Shown: in pieces, positions 41,571 through 52,092 of the stretch | Position numbering within the stretch: position 1 is the first letter of the stretch | Layout of the letters: every line of letters begins with the position of its first letter | Origin: Pavona decussata | Lineage: Eukaryota | Length of the DNA: 64,000 nt | Direction of reading: 5' to 3' | Assembly: GCA_977016875.1 (NCBI GenBank) | Contig: CDRNST010000087.1 | Location: 1-64,000 of the forward strand | The notes under the pieces: model-generated | What the model was told of the DNA's origin: nothing | The model's database searches: none | The model's input: only the letters and a program-made list of their open reading frames with translations | Position numbers and translations under genes: made by a program

Positions 41571-44500
41571 ATTAATCAATTGATCAATGAAATAATCAGA
41601 CCAAATATAGATGAAATATAAACAAAACAGTGTGAGTATGTGGAATATATAAACTGGAATTAATTTTTAAATTAGCAATACAATTACAAGTCATCTATCA
41701 TAGACATATCATCAGTTACGCATGAAGTAAATGTTATTTACCTGTTGGTCAAAGCTCTGGGGTACATGAAAATATCCTGCATCAACCCTTCATACTGATC
41801 ACCACCTTAACATGGCATATGAAAAACAAATTAATAATCTTTTTTAATTACTAAAAATTCAAATTGCTCGCTACCATTTTTTTGTCCTGATTCAAAAAAT
41901 ATTTCACTTTAGTTAATAGAAAAACTTTTTTTTTCTCTCTTTTTATATAATATTATGTGACCAGTGTGGACAATTAAACTGTGTCCTTCCAAATCATAAT
42001 TATTTAATAATATTATTTCAATCAGACATTACAGTCATGTAACAGACTGCAAAGTTGTTTGAACATCTGCCAATTAAGACACAACCTTAATTTAATTGGC
42101 ATTAAAACATTAGATCAGATGCATTGATTTAAAAGTATTTTAATACCAAATTATGGGGATTGCAATCTCAAAACACACTACAATCTTCAATTTTTAACTC
42201 AGACAAGTAAATTCTAATAAGATTGAATTTAGAAATATACATTAGTTAACTATAAAAAATATCTTTAGCTGTCCAGTAATCATCGAGAAAAAAATTAATT
42301 TGATTAGCTAGTCTGATTGGTATTTAATTTAATTTATTAAAATACCTGCTAAATGTGGTAGATTTTTAAAAATTATTTACATGTTTAAAACTAAGTTGTC
42401 TTTAGTATACTTAAACTACATTAATGAACCTTAATGAAATTGGACTCATAACTTCTCAGCTTTTGGCCTTACAAGAGGGCTCCTTTTTAATTTTTCTTAG
42501 GCAGCAGCCTTCAGGTTAAAGATAAGTCTTGGTATACTGAAAAACTATTCTCCTCCCCCCCTCACAACCAAATCTACAGGACTTTAATTTTTGATTAAGT
42601 TACTGTACCTTAAATTTTACAACCACACAGTCTTTCAACCGTTACATAACTTACCATTATAATTCTGTCCAATCCTCACACCTCCTCCGTCATCATCGAT
42701 AGGACCGATCAGAGTGACATTGCTTGCAGTCATTAGCTCGCCGTCAATGTAATATGACAATCCTTTGCCAATTACTGCCACAGTTATCAAGTGCCATTCA
42801 TCTGCTTGAAGCTTTTCCCTTTGACTCTGCAATAGGGTGTATGTTGTGGTAGATGATACATTTCTGCCATCATGCCGGTAGTGAAATGTTAGGTTGTAAT
42901 CGTGAATAACAAGCTGGAAGACATTTACAAAGGACCCTGTGGTTTCATATTTGGAAATAATTGTCCTGTTGGAAAAAAAGGAGTAAGTCATTAAAGATGC
43001 TGTATTGTAAAGAGTTAAGTAAGGGACCGATCGTTTATTATGTCCTTGAGGGGGGCAGTGGTTTTTGAGGGGGGGGGGGTAATTTTTTTAAACGAGCTCT
43101 TTTTTTTGGGGGGGGGGAGGTAATTTTTTACCTTGTACGAAAAGTGAAGGGGGTAAAATTTTAAGACATACAAATGGTAAACTAAATGTATTTAGCAGTC
43201 ATTCTTCTCATCAATCATAGAGTTGGTAAAATTGGCTAGATACTTCTCCATATCGCTACTATTCTTTACAGCGACAAAGATCTTGCATGTAATAGGTTGA
43301 GTAATGACATAAATAGGCAAACGGTGTATTTCATCAAGCAGTTTATCTCTGAAGGCTTTTTTATCTGGCCAAAAAAATTGACTAAAAGATGTATAGAGAT
43401 GGTAGGCTTCTTCAAAATCTATATATCCACATCCATACATCGAATGCTCCTGTACTGCTCTCAAACCCCGAGCTGCTTTGAACTTCTGTGTACCTTCTTT
43501 TGACGACTGAAGAAATTAGACTCCAGAAATAACAAAACATCATTATTATCAAGACATTGAAGAGATATTCTAAGGTACATTCCCTTACTTCAATTTTGCC
43601 TAACTTCTGATCGTTTCTCTTGCTAGTTCAGATTTAGAGAGCTAGCAATTTCCCGCATGTAACCAAGCATTGTGCCCTGGAACTTCTCAACAATTCAACC
43701 ACCAGGCCAACCATAGTGGGGGTGGGGGGTAAAATTTTCAAACTGTCATTGCAGTGGGGGGTAAAACGTTTGTTTGAAAGATTTTTTTTTTTTGGGGGGG
43801 GGGGGGGGTAAAATTTTCATACACTTGATTTTTTTAGAACCCCCGCCCTAGGATGTAATAAACGATTGGTCCCAGTAAAAGTTCAGCTCTATGTGTCAAT
43901 CCTTATTAAATAGCACTCTGGTGCTGATAATTTAGAGACACAATATATAACTGAACAAAATAATGTAAACTAAACATAAATGATGTCCTTAAAACCCCCA
44001 ACTGGCAGGAAGGCTTACCAATCTGCTATTCACAAAGCATGGCCAAGGATTTGAAGTAGGGGTCACCATGAACCAGCGTCCAACTAGACTACTGGTGGCC
44101 AGGCTGCCTGACTCTCAAACTATCCATTTTTGTTGCTGTTCTTGTTTTTGTCAAGTGCACTCACTTGTTGTTCTCAATGCTGACTAAAATTTCTGACTTT
44201 TTCAAAATATTTGACTGAGCAAGATCATGACAAAATTTGTTTGATTTGTTAACATGCTTTGCAAACAGAAGAAAGAAATCACACAGCTGGTAATAAAAGA
44301 ATATAGGCTACTACTATTATGTATATATAAGATGGTCATTGTTAATTCTTATCAGGAAGTACAGACAAACGTAATCAAAAAGAGTAATTCAAAGGTTTCG
44401 AACATTGACTGCCGGGGTACCAGCTGAAATCTGCACGCTTGTCAGTTTCACCATTAAAACAATCTAGTTCATTTACTTACCCTTTATTCCCTGCCTTTTG

Positions 44501-44947
44501 TTTTATCCATACGCTTATGGTAAACCCAGGGTTTACGTAATTTATTGCAGGAATTCTAAAAGGTTGTATATGAGAATTTCCTTGAAATCGATATGAGTTG
44601 ACACTTGATCCATTTCTCGGATCGCCATCTTGTGTGACATCGGTATTGCTTGAAACTTGCACCAAATCTGTAGCCACTGGTGTTGTGGAACCACAGTTCG
44701 CACAGCAACGAAATTCACATGTGTTCTCCACGCACGTCTGCAGGGAGGTTGGTCTCGACGATGACTGGCAATATTTGCTAGGCGTCGCTCCACAAGTGGA
44801 AGACGAACGAATCGGCTTCAGTTCAGCGAGATCTACTAACTTTGGAAAATATTCATTTTGCCCGTGCAAAGAAATCGGATGCCACATAAATAACATAATC
44901 AAGGTGACAAATTTCCATGGCCATTTGTAGCAACTGTTCAAATTCAT
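2632..44947 (-). CDS. USH2A: Usherin (USH2A orthologue), multi-exon, 3'-incomplete
   Basis: Domain order: signal peptide, LamG-like, LamNT, 10 laminin-EGF, FN3s, 2 LamG, FN3s, di-Cys-rich region, FN3s. GT-AG exons with matching phases (low-high, in transcription order): 44481-44947, 42655-42965, 41742-41805, 41031-41301, 39649-39836, 37682-37912, 37280-37391, 36478-36804, 36048-36264, 34687-35280, 32512-32767, 31459-31619, 29799-30671, 28797-29096, 26483-27862, 25054-25140, 23353-23652, 20940-22079, 19630-19905, 18896-19168, 16959-17249, 14969-15498, 14045-14347, 13308-13374, 12980-13094, 12118-12205, 11678-11744, 10934-10996, 10705-10780, 10526-10613, 9059-9523, 3484-8024, 2632-2831. Sum 14,722 nt. 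Transmembrane and cytoplasmic exons not seen. Confidence 0.95.
3484..8024 (-). CDS. USH2A: Usherin giant exon (4,541 nt): end of Cys-rich region plus long FN3 array
   Basis: Acceptor CAG before 8024, donor CG|GTGAGT after 3484, repeated W..P..PNG.I..Y / L.P.T.Y...V.ACT..GC FN3 signatures. Confidence 0.95.
8571..8609. repeat. Hairpin (19-bp arms, one mismatch) within a probable interspersed repeat (~8.3-8.96 kb)
   Basis: CGCCATGTTGGTGTCCCTC-A-GAGGGACACAAACATGGCG. Confidence 0.7.
9059..9523 (-). CDS. USH2A: Usherin exon encoding di-cysteine (CC) repeats
   Basis: TAG|ATG acceptor, GTG|GTAAGT donor, phase 0-0, repeated CCG/CCN motifs about every 13-15 aa. Confidence 0.92.
10526..25140 (-). CDS. 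USH2A: Usherin FN3-array exons (15 exons, including seven consecutive exons of 63-115 nt that the ORF track does not resolve)
   Basis: Examples: 11678-11744 VAVCTIHGCTMSGPSSATTHAA; 12118-12205 NDTSWTNTTGSARQVSVSGLLPYTYYVIK; 25054-25140 YLYRVESYHAGTTGSAKSAWIATRSGQG. All phase-compatible. Confidence 0.9.
14796..14841 (+). ncRNA. Minimal hammerhead ribozyme with mutated cleavage triplet (Penelope pLTR remnant)
   Basis: GGTCT-CTGAAGA-GTCTC-TTGGCC-GAGAC-GAAA-CGCCGCG-CC-AGACT. GCC replaces GUC; TATAAA at 14783. Confidence 0.7.
15947..16334. mobile_element. Nested MITEs (inner element ~16050-16272)
   Basis: Outer ends ttccgaattgttttgaa / ttaaagcaactcga (cut by the gap). Inner inverted ends ctttccatt..agaactgaccggccag / ctggtcggccagtttt..aatggaaag. 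Confidence 0.55.
16335..16552. other. Assembly gap (218 N)
   Basis: Run of n. Confidence 1.
16553..16890 (-). mobile_element. SINE fragment (Nin-domain-like)
   Basis: gtgggttctttaacgtcccac...gacctacggtttatcgtccttatcc resembles the reverse complement of the Nin-SINE core. Recognised from memory only. Confidence 0.5.
17895..18177. mobile_element. MITE
   Basis: Terminal inverted repeats agcggttttca / tgaaaaccgct. Internal ttttcccgcgctt...gattggtt motif recurs at 13650-13850. Confidence 0.7.
20129..20183. repeat. (AAT)n microsatellite
   Basis: Direct inspection. Others: (AAT)n ~23708-23772, (TTTA)n ~30734-30799, (TCAG)n ~41528-41563. Confidence 0.95.
20379..20599. mobile_element. MITE (PIF/Harbinger-like, possible CAG target duplication)
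   Basis: ggcccagttgttcaaagcccgattaagctaatcc / ggattagcgttaatcggctttcgaacaacccggtc, flanked by cag. Confidence 0.65.
22575..23210. mobile_element. Two abutting MITEs
   Basis: First: cgttcgattgaccttattccagaata / tattccggaatagggtcaatcgaacg (~22575-22787). Second: tagactgcaaaacagtcg / cgactgttttgcagacta (~22787-23210). Confidence 0.7.
23781..24156 (-). repeat. tRNA-derived tandem repeat (248-bp period) with inverted end
   Basis: tRNA-like 73-mer at 23853-23925 (A box TAGCTTAGTTGG, B box GGTTCGAATCC). aaatagaagaaagatcctcgcag occurs at 23781 and 24029. Related copies at ~57465-57620 and ~58840-59925. Confidence 0.75.
25265..25808. mobile_element. Poly-G/poly-C-ended non-autonomous element with nested MITE (~25432-25677)
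   Basis: G-run then ccctttataag..tatgtgcggcc, similar to the element at 52904; ends in a C-run. Inner inverted repeats cagttgttca.agagc.gataa / ttatccgctctttgaacaactg. Confidence 0.6.
26038..26468 (+). mobile_element. 5'-truncated LINE (CR1/L2-like) 3' end
   Basis: Encodes ...NSFKHSFFIRIIDKWNNLPKEI..., has a 3' stem aggagataaa/tttatctcct, AATAAA and an (ATT)n tail at ~26388-26460. cgtta occurs on both flanks. Confidence 0.8.
26483..27862 (-). CDS. USH2A: Usherin exon with two laminin-G domains
   Basis: FWFRTQYAYGLILF...DDGQWHHV...VYIGGLP...FIGCL and FRTQLYSGLLLF...CDGKWHNL...VYVGGVP...FGGCL. Confidence 0.93.
31459..37391 (-). CDS. USH2A: Usherin laminin-EGF exons (6 exons, 10 LE repeats)
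   Basis: Repeats begin CECFGH, CECNNH, CGCEGP, CSCVLD, CDCDPF, CNCSAA, CSCDSK, CNCFPK, CQCNIV, CNCNAA. Confidence 0.92.
33014..33373. mobile_element. Tc1/mariner-type MITE (TA duplication)
   Basis: TA-cagtcgatccacgtcacgcgtgacc ... ggtcacgcgtgacctgggttgactg-TA. Diverged second copy at ~56865-57241. Confidence 0.8.
33853..34554. mobile_element. Foldback non-autonomous DNA transposon with ~165-bp inverted repeats (TTAA target, Kolobok-like)
   Basis: ttaa-ggttaccgtatac..cctttagaggtgtc ... gacacctctaaaggtatacggtaacc-tcaa. Confidence 0.8.
35716..35940. repeat. Minisatellite, 3 copies separated by variable C-tracts
   Basis: ctggtgattgtgtgagcgacagcttcttcttcactgagtaaatca at about 35716, 35804 and 35873. 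Confidence 0.85.
37682..44947 (-). CDS. USH2A: Usherin N-terminal exons (signal peptide, LamG-like, laminin N-terminal domain)
   Basis: Hydrophobic leader then FPKLVDLAELKPIRSSSTCG; YEGLMQDIFMYPRALTNR; CRCPPTHP; IERSTDGGQTFQPWQYFAADC. Confidence 0.92.
40853..40897 (+). ncRNA. Decayed minimal hammerhead remnant
   Basis: acacata-CTGAAGA-aGGGT-tatat-ACCC-aAAAC-aTC-gtgtgtgt. Two CpG-to-CpA changes would derive it from cccGAAACGTC. Confidence 0.4.
43023..43873. mobile_element. Non-autonomous DNA transposon with internal coding-like remnant
   Basis: gggaccgatcgtttattatgtcc / ggatgtaataaacgattggtccc (20/23 match), agtaa on both sides, subterminal gggggtaaaatttt repeats. Confidence 0.75.
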
Positions 44948-45546
44948 TATGGAAATTTTAAATTGACTGCGGTCTTCAATTCAGCTGGTACTTGACATCT
45001 AAACAGTGTCGAATACAACGTACAAACAAGACACTCTAGAAGGCGAAGTCTTTCGAATCTCGATGATTTGTCATCTCCAAGTCGTACAGCAATTAATGAT
45101 CGAGTCTTCCATTTCATAAAACAAGTTGAAAACCCTTCGGTCACATTCACAATAACAGCAACTTTAGGTATGTACACTGCACAACCCGCTTGACGTTCGC
45201 TAAATTCATTTGGCCAATTAGCTTCCAGAACACCCTAGCAACCCGAGTAGTCATGGGTAAACGAACGCCGTTAGAATGAGACAAAGGCATCGTGAATCAA
45301 AATATGTGCTAAAATACACAGTTGAGTTTTACTTTGGTTTATTTAACGTCTGGAGAAAAAAATCTCGAAATTTTCCAACGAATCATCGGATAGTTTCGAT
45401 GGCAGAAGTGTGAAATCTACGCGGAAATCGACAGTTGCCGACAGCACGCTCTAAGAAAAATCAAAACGCAGCTACCGAGGAACGTTGGGAATATCATCTA
45501 TATTTGGAAGTGCGCTAATTCGATTCCAGGTCAATCGAGCGACAAG
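44948..45546. promoter_or_regulatory. Putative bidirectional promoter region for USH2A and GLE1
   Basis: Divergent ATGs separated by 599 bp, relatively CpG-rich. TGACGT at 45191, CCAAT at 45214, RFX-like CCTAGCAAC at 45234-45242, YY1-type AAGATGGCGGC over the GLE1 ATG. Confidence 0.65.
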
Positions 45547-47951
45547 ATGGCGGCCACCGGTGGTGTGCTCACTAGAAGAAATCTACCTTCTTCCTCAAAT
45601 AGCACCTCTGTAAAAGTTATCACCGTTTTGCAAAGCTTAGCATCTTGTCCAAAAGGTCGTTTAAATTACGATAAAGACTGGAAGCCGACTGTCGAAGCCC
45701 TAGAAGAGTTTTCCCGACCTCCGGAGTTATCGACAGAACTGTCCTCCGTTTCGCCAAATTCTGGCGGCATTTTACCAGGCGAGCAAAATAGCTTCACCTT
45801 GTTAGACGGAACGGAAGTTCAGCAAGAGGAAGAACTAGAGTATAGCGATTTTGTCTCTGTCGAAAGCGTTTCATCGAGCGCAGAAAGGGAATTGGATGAT
45901 GAGGGAGCTAGAAGCGCAAGAAATGACGAATTGCTTGAAAAGGAACTTGTGGCTACTTATGATGGAACAGATGTCGCTATTCACCATTTCGAAACAGAGA
46001 AAAAGCTCCAAGCCCACGAAAGACTTAATTCCAGAAAAGATAGGTTTGAAGAACATTGCAATAAACTAAAAGAAGAGAAGCATCGTTACTTGCAACAGAA
46101 AGAGACTGAACGAGTTGAAGAGTTCATTAAATCTGTACAGGCGTTGCAACTGGATGAGAAGAGAAAAAGTGAAGAAGCCAGGGTACGACAGCAAAAACTC
46201 GAACAGTCGCATGAAGAGTATGCGCAAAGAGCAGTCCGAAGAGTCAAAGAAGTTGAAGAACTACGGTTAAAAGTTCTTAAACAGGAACAGTTTCTGGAGA
46301 AACAATTAATGCAATTAAAGGCTTCCTTCAGTAGTATTAGGGAAACTGCTTCAGACATTCAACGAATTTTCCAGGGGTGTAAATATAAGTCATCGCTGTC
46401 ACATTTCATGCCAGACATACTGAGAGAAGTGGACAAGGTGTTGAAAGTTTCTCAAAACACTTTCAATGATGCATTTGAGAATAGACAAGTTACTGAGATG
46501 AATGTGACCATTATGCAGGAATGTTCCAGTCTGATCCAAAGCATGCTTCAAAAGACAAAATCCCTTGTTCAAGAGGTTAATGCTAAGGCAGCGAAAGAAG
46601 AAGCAGAGGAGCAGCTCAGAGCAAAAGAGCAGGAGGCAAGGAAGGAGAAAGAACGAGCTGAGAAAGAGAAAGCTGAGAGAGCTGCCAGAGAAAAACAGAA
46701 CAACCAGGCTTCAACTTCAGCTGCTCAGACTTCAAGTTCTACTTCACCACCAAAGGCTGGTCTTTCAAAAGAGCTTTCTTCCTGTATTTCAGAAGCAGCA
46801 TGGAAGGAGTATTCTCGATTAGTGAGTTACAAGAGTGAGATTGTCAAGGCAGCAGAACCTCTAAACACCGACAAGTCTCTGAAGCAGTTGAAATTTGATC
46901 TTCAGAAGGCCATTGCTACACCAATTAATTCCATTTCTGAAGAGTCAATACTGGACAAGATCCAGCGCTTGACCAAATTCCTTTCAGGGGCATCCGTACA
47001 AGTTGGCCGTAAACAAATCTCAATCTCTGTGCATCCAGCAGCTCAGGTAGGTTTACTTAACCTTTTCGCACACTAACAATTTTTTTTGGTAAAAACAAAA
47101 TGAATATGTTGCGAATTTCTTTCTGATTTTAGAGAAGACCACTGATTTTGTAATAACACTTCATATAAGCACAACGAGGATATCCTGGAAGTGGATTTTG
47201 CCTATTTTTCTTTGGTTTTAAAGCAAGAGGGTGGAAAAACAGAATAAAACACTTGTAAATCAAAATTCTGCTCCATTTCATTTGACATCTAAAAAAATTA
47301 ACAAAAATAAGCAAACTGTAATACATATTTGGTGGGGTTCTTTTCTAAGAAAATGCTTGTTTTAGGAGACAACAGCATCAGCAATGAAGTGGCTTTGCAA
47401 AATAGCTGCCATTCACCAGATTGCTCTACCAGTTTGAAATGCTCTTTTACCTGTTGTGCTGAAAACAAGGGAGAACACTGCAACCATTCATTTTTTTGAA
47501 CAACTTTCACCCTTGCTAATTATCCCCCTATGTACCAGTCTTCTGAAGGAGTTTATTTACAAAATAAAGAAATTGCATGACATAAATAACCGTCATAGGG
47601 TATATGCACAACAGAGAACTAATGAACTTAATATATTATTGACCAATCAGTGCATCCATGTCTGCAAACATTCTATGTTATCATTCCATGTATTTTTTCC
47701 CTCCTTTTCATTGGCCGAGAGCAAACCAAGTGACCTGCAAATAACTGCCGACAAATAATGTTCTGCTCATGTGCAATACTGCCCGACTGTGTTTTGCTGC
47801 AAATAATATTCTGCTCATGCATAATTGAAACCACGCTCTTGCTTGAAAATGGCAGATCACTTCCGAGAGCTGTCAGAGATTGATTTCCCAAAAATTATCA
47901 CGAAAAACAAACTTGGTGATCGAATGATAAAACAATTATTGAACTCGGTTG

Positions 47952-47990
<39 letters not shown>

Positions 47991-48957
47991 TTATTTGCCT
48001 CAGCCTTCAGCTTCGGCCAATAATTGAAGGGGTGCGTGGAATAAGGCCCCAAGTGACTTTTGATGTAAGATCAAATACTCCTTTTGTTCCACAAGTGAAT
48101 ACAAGGCAATTTGGAAGGAGAATCTAGCAACTGATCAGAAGTCACTTAGGGCTTTTTTCCAGGCACCCCTTCTATTGATCTGCTCGCCACTGACAAATCA
48201 TAATATTTTGCTCAACCTCGTCCAATAATTGTTAAATATTTACGGATAACTATTTTTTTCTTTTCAGGCATACTGTAAGGAGCTGCTTGCAAGAAAGCTG
48301 GTTGACCAGGGCTCCCAACAAGTTTCCTCTAGTGTGAGTTCTGCTTTTCCTATTGCCGCTGTTGCCATAGGAATTTGGTCAAGTTTTCCGGATGTTGGAG
48401 ATCTTATTCTAGTGCGATTCTTTGAGGAATGTCCCTTCCTTGTGCCATTTTACATCCCAAAAGCAGCGGGAATGTCGGATGCAGAATACTTTGCATCGCT
48501 TGGTTATCTGTGTTCAGAGGGTCAGATTGAACAGCAAGACAAGTACCTCAAGCGCATGACTGGCATCCTGCGGCTTTATGCTGCAATTGTCTCCTCCATA
48601 CCTCCCCCCTCAGGGCAACAGTCCAAACCACACCCACACGGTCCTGAGAAAGGTTGGACCTGGCTTGCAAGAATGTTGAACTTAGATCCAAGGCCAGACT
48701 ACACTGCTACAGCTCTTTATGAATTCCTTGCAGTAGCAGGTCATGTTTTGATGCGGCAGTACAAGAAACAGTTTGGAAAGTTGCTCAACACCCTGGTGTT
48801 GGACTATGTTCCCAAGATTGAGAAAGTGACGGCAAAGGAGCAGAGTGGGCCTGTTAGTAGACTACAGATTTTCCTAGAAAAATGTATCAAGGATCAGAAA
48901 ATCCCCATCCCAGAGGGATATCTGACTCCTCAATGGTGGCGATCCTCCAGGTTTTAA
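45547..48957 (+). CDS. GLE1: mRNA export factor / nucleoporin GLE1, exons 45547-47046 and 48268-48957, 729 aa
   Basis: N-terminal PKGRLNYD motif, coiled coil, then GLE1 domain (KFDLQKAIATPINSIS; AFPIAAVAIGIW..FPDVGDLIL..CPFLVPFY; KYLKRMTGILRLYAAI; HPHG..GWTWLA; GPVSRL). CAG|GTAGGT and TTTCAG|GCA splice sites, phase 0. Confidence 0.95.
48026..48172. mobile_element. 147-bp MITE nested in a larger repeat (~47690-48235) in the GLE1 intron
   Basis: gaaggggtgcgtggaataaggccc / gggcttttttccaggcaccccttc. Flanks aatt/tatt (4-bp duplication, Sola-like). It splits the host hairpin cagatcaattat...ataattgatctg. Confidence 0.7.
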
Positions 48958-50150
48958 ACCCAAGCCACCATTTCAGCATCAAATATAGGCTTACATGTAC
49001 AACAGCGAAGGGTTTTTTGCAAAACTGGTCTAAGCGCTAATTTTGTCCAAAATGGTGAAAGGGTTCCGCGGTAAATGACAATTTGAAGTTAGAATCCAAA
49101 TTTATCCAAAGTAGATCTTATTGTTAGCAACAAGTTTTTTTCCTCAATCAATGTTTAGTTTCAAAACTAACATGAGTAGTGGCTTGCTTGCCCTGCAAGT
49201 AGCTACAGCTAGTCAAGGCAGAACAAGACAAGCACAAGAAATAATTTTGTCAATCACTTTCTTGTACAAGCAACTAACTAAAGATAAAGCAATTAATCTA
49301 AAAAAAGAGCAAGGCTGATTTCACGGTCAGGGAAATGTAGAGATTTTTAGAAAAGAGAGATATCCAACACAATCATTCGACGTGGTGACGTGTGAGGTGG
49401 AAAAGGAAGAACAGATGTAACAGAAGAAGGGAAAGCGTTGCTCTCCCTCAGGCGATGGTTTTTCAGTCTGACCATTTGCTCTTAGAATTTGAGAGCATTT
49501 GGCCAGTAGATATACATTGGAAGCCTGCATGTCGAGGACGGAAGTGCCCTCAATTTATATTAACGCTGATTGTAAGAGAGGGTACACAATTTGTACTGCT
49601 CAGCAGCTTTCATGAAATTGAATGGTCACATATCAGGTTTCATCCCTCGATTCAAAACTTAGCACCATCTTGTTCAACATTTTAAACAGCAGCACTTAAG
49701 AAACAAAATGCCTCAAGATGATTTTATCAAAAAAGAAGCAGCTAATTGGTTTGAAACTTTGACCTGATGTTCGTTAAATCTAGTTAATCAAAATAAAAGT
49801 GAAAAAAGAGAGTGACCATGTTTTTTTATCACGCTATAGGGCTGTAATACCGCTGTAATACACACTCAAGGTTTCCCCTTTTATATCGCTGTTGAAGTGC
49901 TCTCATCACTTTATTGTGTTCTTGATCATAAAACAAATGATGGCCAAGATTTTTCTTAACTTTGCAAGTATGTATGGCTTTTTCTTCAAGGTAACCCTCA
50001 GTTTTATATTTTTATTTCAATAGCTGTTGCTAAGATCTTCTTTCAAGCAAAATACCTTTGAATTAGATGGGCACTGTAAGAAATCAGAGCTTCTCAAACC
50101 ACTCTGAGACGTGTAGAATGTATTCACTGTAGCCAAAGGAGTCATCATCC

Positions 50151-50255
50151 TTGAACAGATCGCACTTTGACGATTTCATCCGCAGAGTCCAAAGGTTGAA
50201 CAGGTCGCACTTTGACGATTTCATCCACAGACTCAAAAGGTTGAACAGATCGCAC
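50151..50255. repeat. 45-bp tandem repeat, about 2.3 copies
   Basis: ttgaacagatcgcactttgacgatttcatc... starting at 50151, 50196 and 50241. Confidence 0.9.
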
Positions 50256-52092
50256 GATGCAAATTTCTACTCCAGGAAAGGAAAGGAATGAAACATTTTG
50301 GAGTAAAATTATCGACCATTGTAACAAATGTCCCCACCCATCACCTGACAATTAATAAAAAACAACACAAACTCCACAATTCAATCTCATATTTAATTCT
50401 ATACTTATTGATCTAATTTACATTCGTATATAAGCATTTCAATGGCTTTTACAATATTTACAAACAGTATTAGGGCTAGATTTGCTTTATAATGTTCAGA
50501 AGTGACACCTATTAAAACAGCAAAAAATAGTAAATGCCCTCAAAAATGAGATACAACTTATGTTCTAAAAGTAATAAACTCATTTTGATTTTCTTGACAA
50601 CACTTAATTTTCTTTGTTCCACGGTTTAGATCCGTGTCACACCTGAATACAATAGTATACTCTGTACATGTTACATCTTTATATAAGCTTACCTCTAAAT
50701 AAAAAATAGACTTCAAAAACACAAAGCAAACAGTATATGGAAGAAACGAGCACACCTTCTATGAAGGTTTTTCGTACCTTTAATCCTCTACTTAGCAAAA
50801 GCTGAATAATTACCAGACCTAAAGTGAATAAGGAAAAAGAAAAACGACCAAGAAAACCTACCAGGCGAGCACTCCTAACTCAAATGAATTCAAAGGGTGG
50901 TAGCATTTATATATCAAGTGTTTTTCACAAAATATTAAAACTCCATCTTTGGAACACGTTTGTATTGATTTTCTCAGTCTCAAACGAGATGTGAGTCAGC
51001 AAAACTGACAATAAGCCTCACCAAAACAAAATGACCTAAGGATAAACCCAAGTGAAAGGATGCAAATTTAATGACCAAATAGCTCAGTTGCTTTTACATA
51101 TGAACTCGCTCTGTGTTTTAGGACTTAGTTCAAATCCTCCAAGTAATAATAAGCTTGTGCTCCGTAATCTGACATTAAGATAAACTAGGCATTTCTTTTC
51201 ACGAGACTAAGATCATCTTTATATTAAAACACGAGCCTACTAACTAAGGGCACCTTACTTATTACCAAACGAGGCCGTCTTTTTGATCCTGTCAGTTTCA
51301 GTCACTTTCAATACATTTCAAAAATTATTTTATCTTTTTCAAATCTTCACAAAAGAATGGCTGAATGCATGAAACCTTAATCGGTGTCTGGTTATCAAAA
51401 GCTTCTCACTGGCAAGGATCCAAATTCTGTTCCTCTCTCGTCAGTCCTTTCCAAGTAACAGTGATGGAAACTTGTGTGGGCAAAAAATGACTACTTGGGG
51501 TTTACACTGTAATATGCCCTTGTGGACTTTTTTTTTTTTTTTTGAAGAACTGTACGCAGGTAAAGAATTGAGAAATCAACATGTAAAGCAGCAATGTTGA
51601 AAATAACACAAGTGAAAGAATTGTGCAATTGAGAAACGGAGCAGAAAAGGATTGAAAAGCCAGCGAGTTTTAAATTGAGGTCTGATTTCAAGCTGATGTT
51701 TGGTTGAACTACAAGAATTACTAACCGTGAATCGGTGATAAGCGTTCTTCACATCTTTCTGTGTTGGTGAGTTTTTGAGATGTAATAAAATGTGATTGTT
51801 TGAAGTGTAAATTTGTTTGTAATAATAAATTCTCTGTACATCAAACGGACTAACTGTGAGATGATTTGACTCTAAAATTATGACACGAATAATCTGCATT
51901 AAAAGACGACATTCGAGGAATATTAAATTTGTACAAAAAGTATCTTATCTAAACGGTTCATCAGCTGGAACTTAATGTAAGAATTTAGTTTTTACGGAGC
52001 ACTTACATGCTTTTGATATTGGAGTTTTAAATTAAGGCTACTGTGTTTCAAAAATGAAGATGAAAGTTAAAAGCGCTTAAACTTTGACGACA

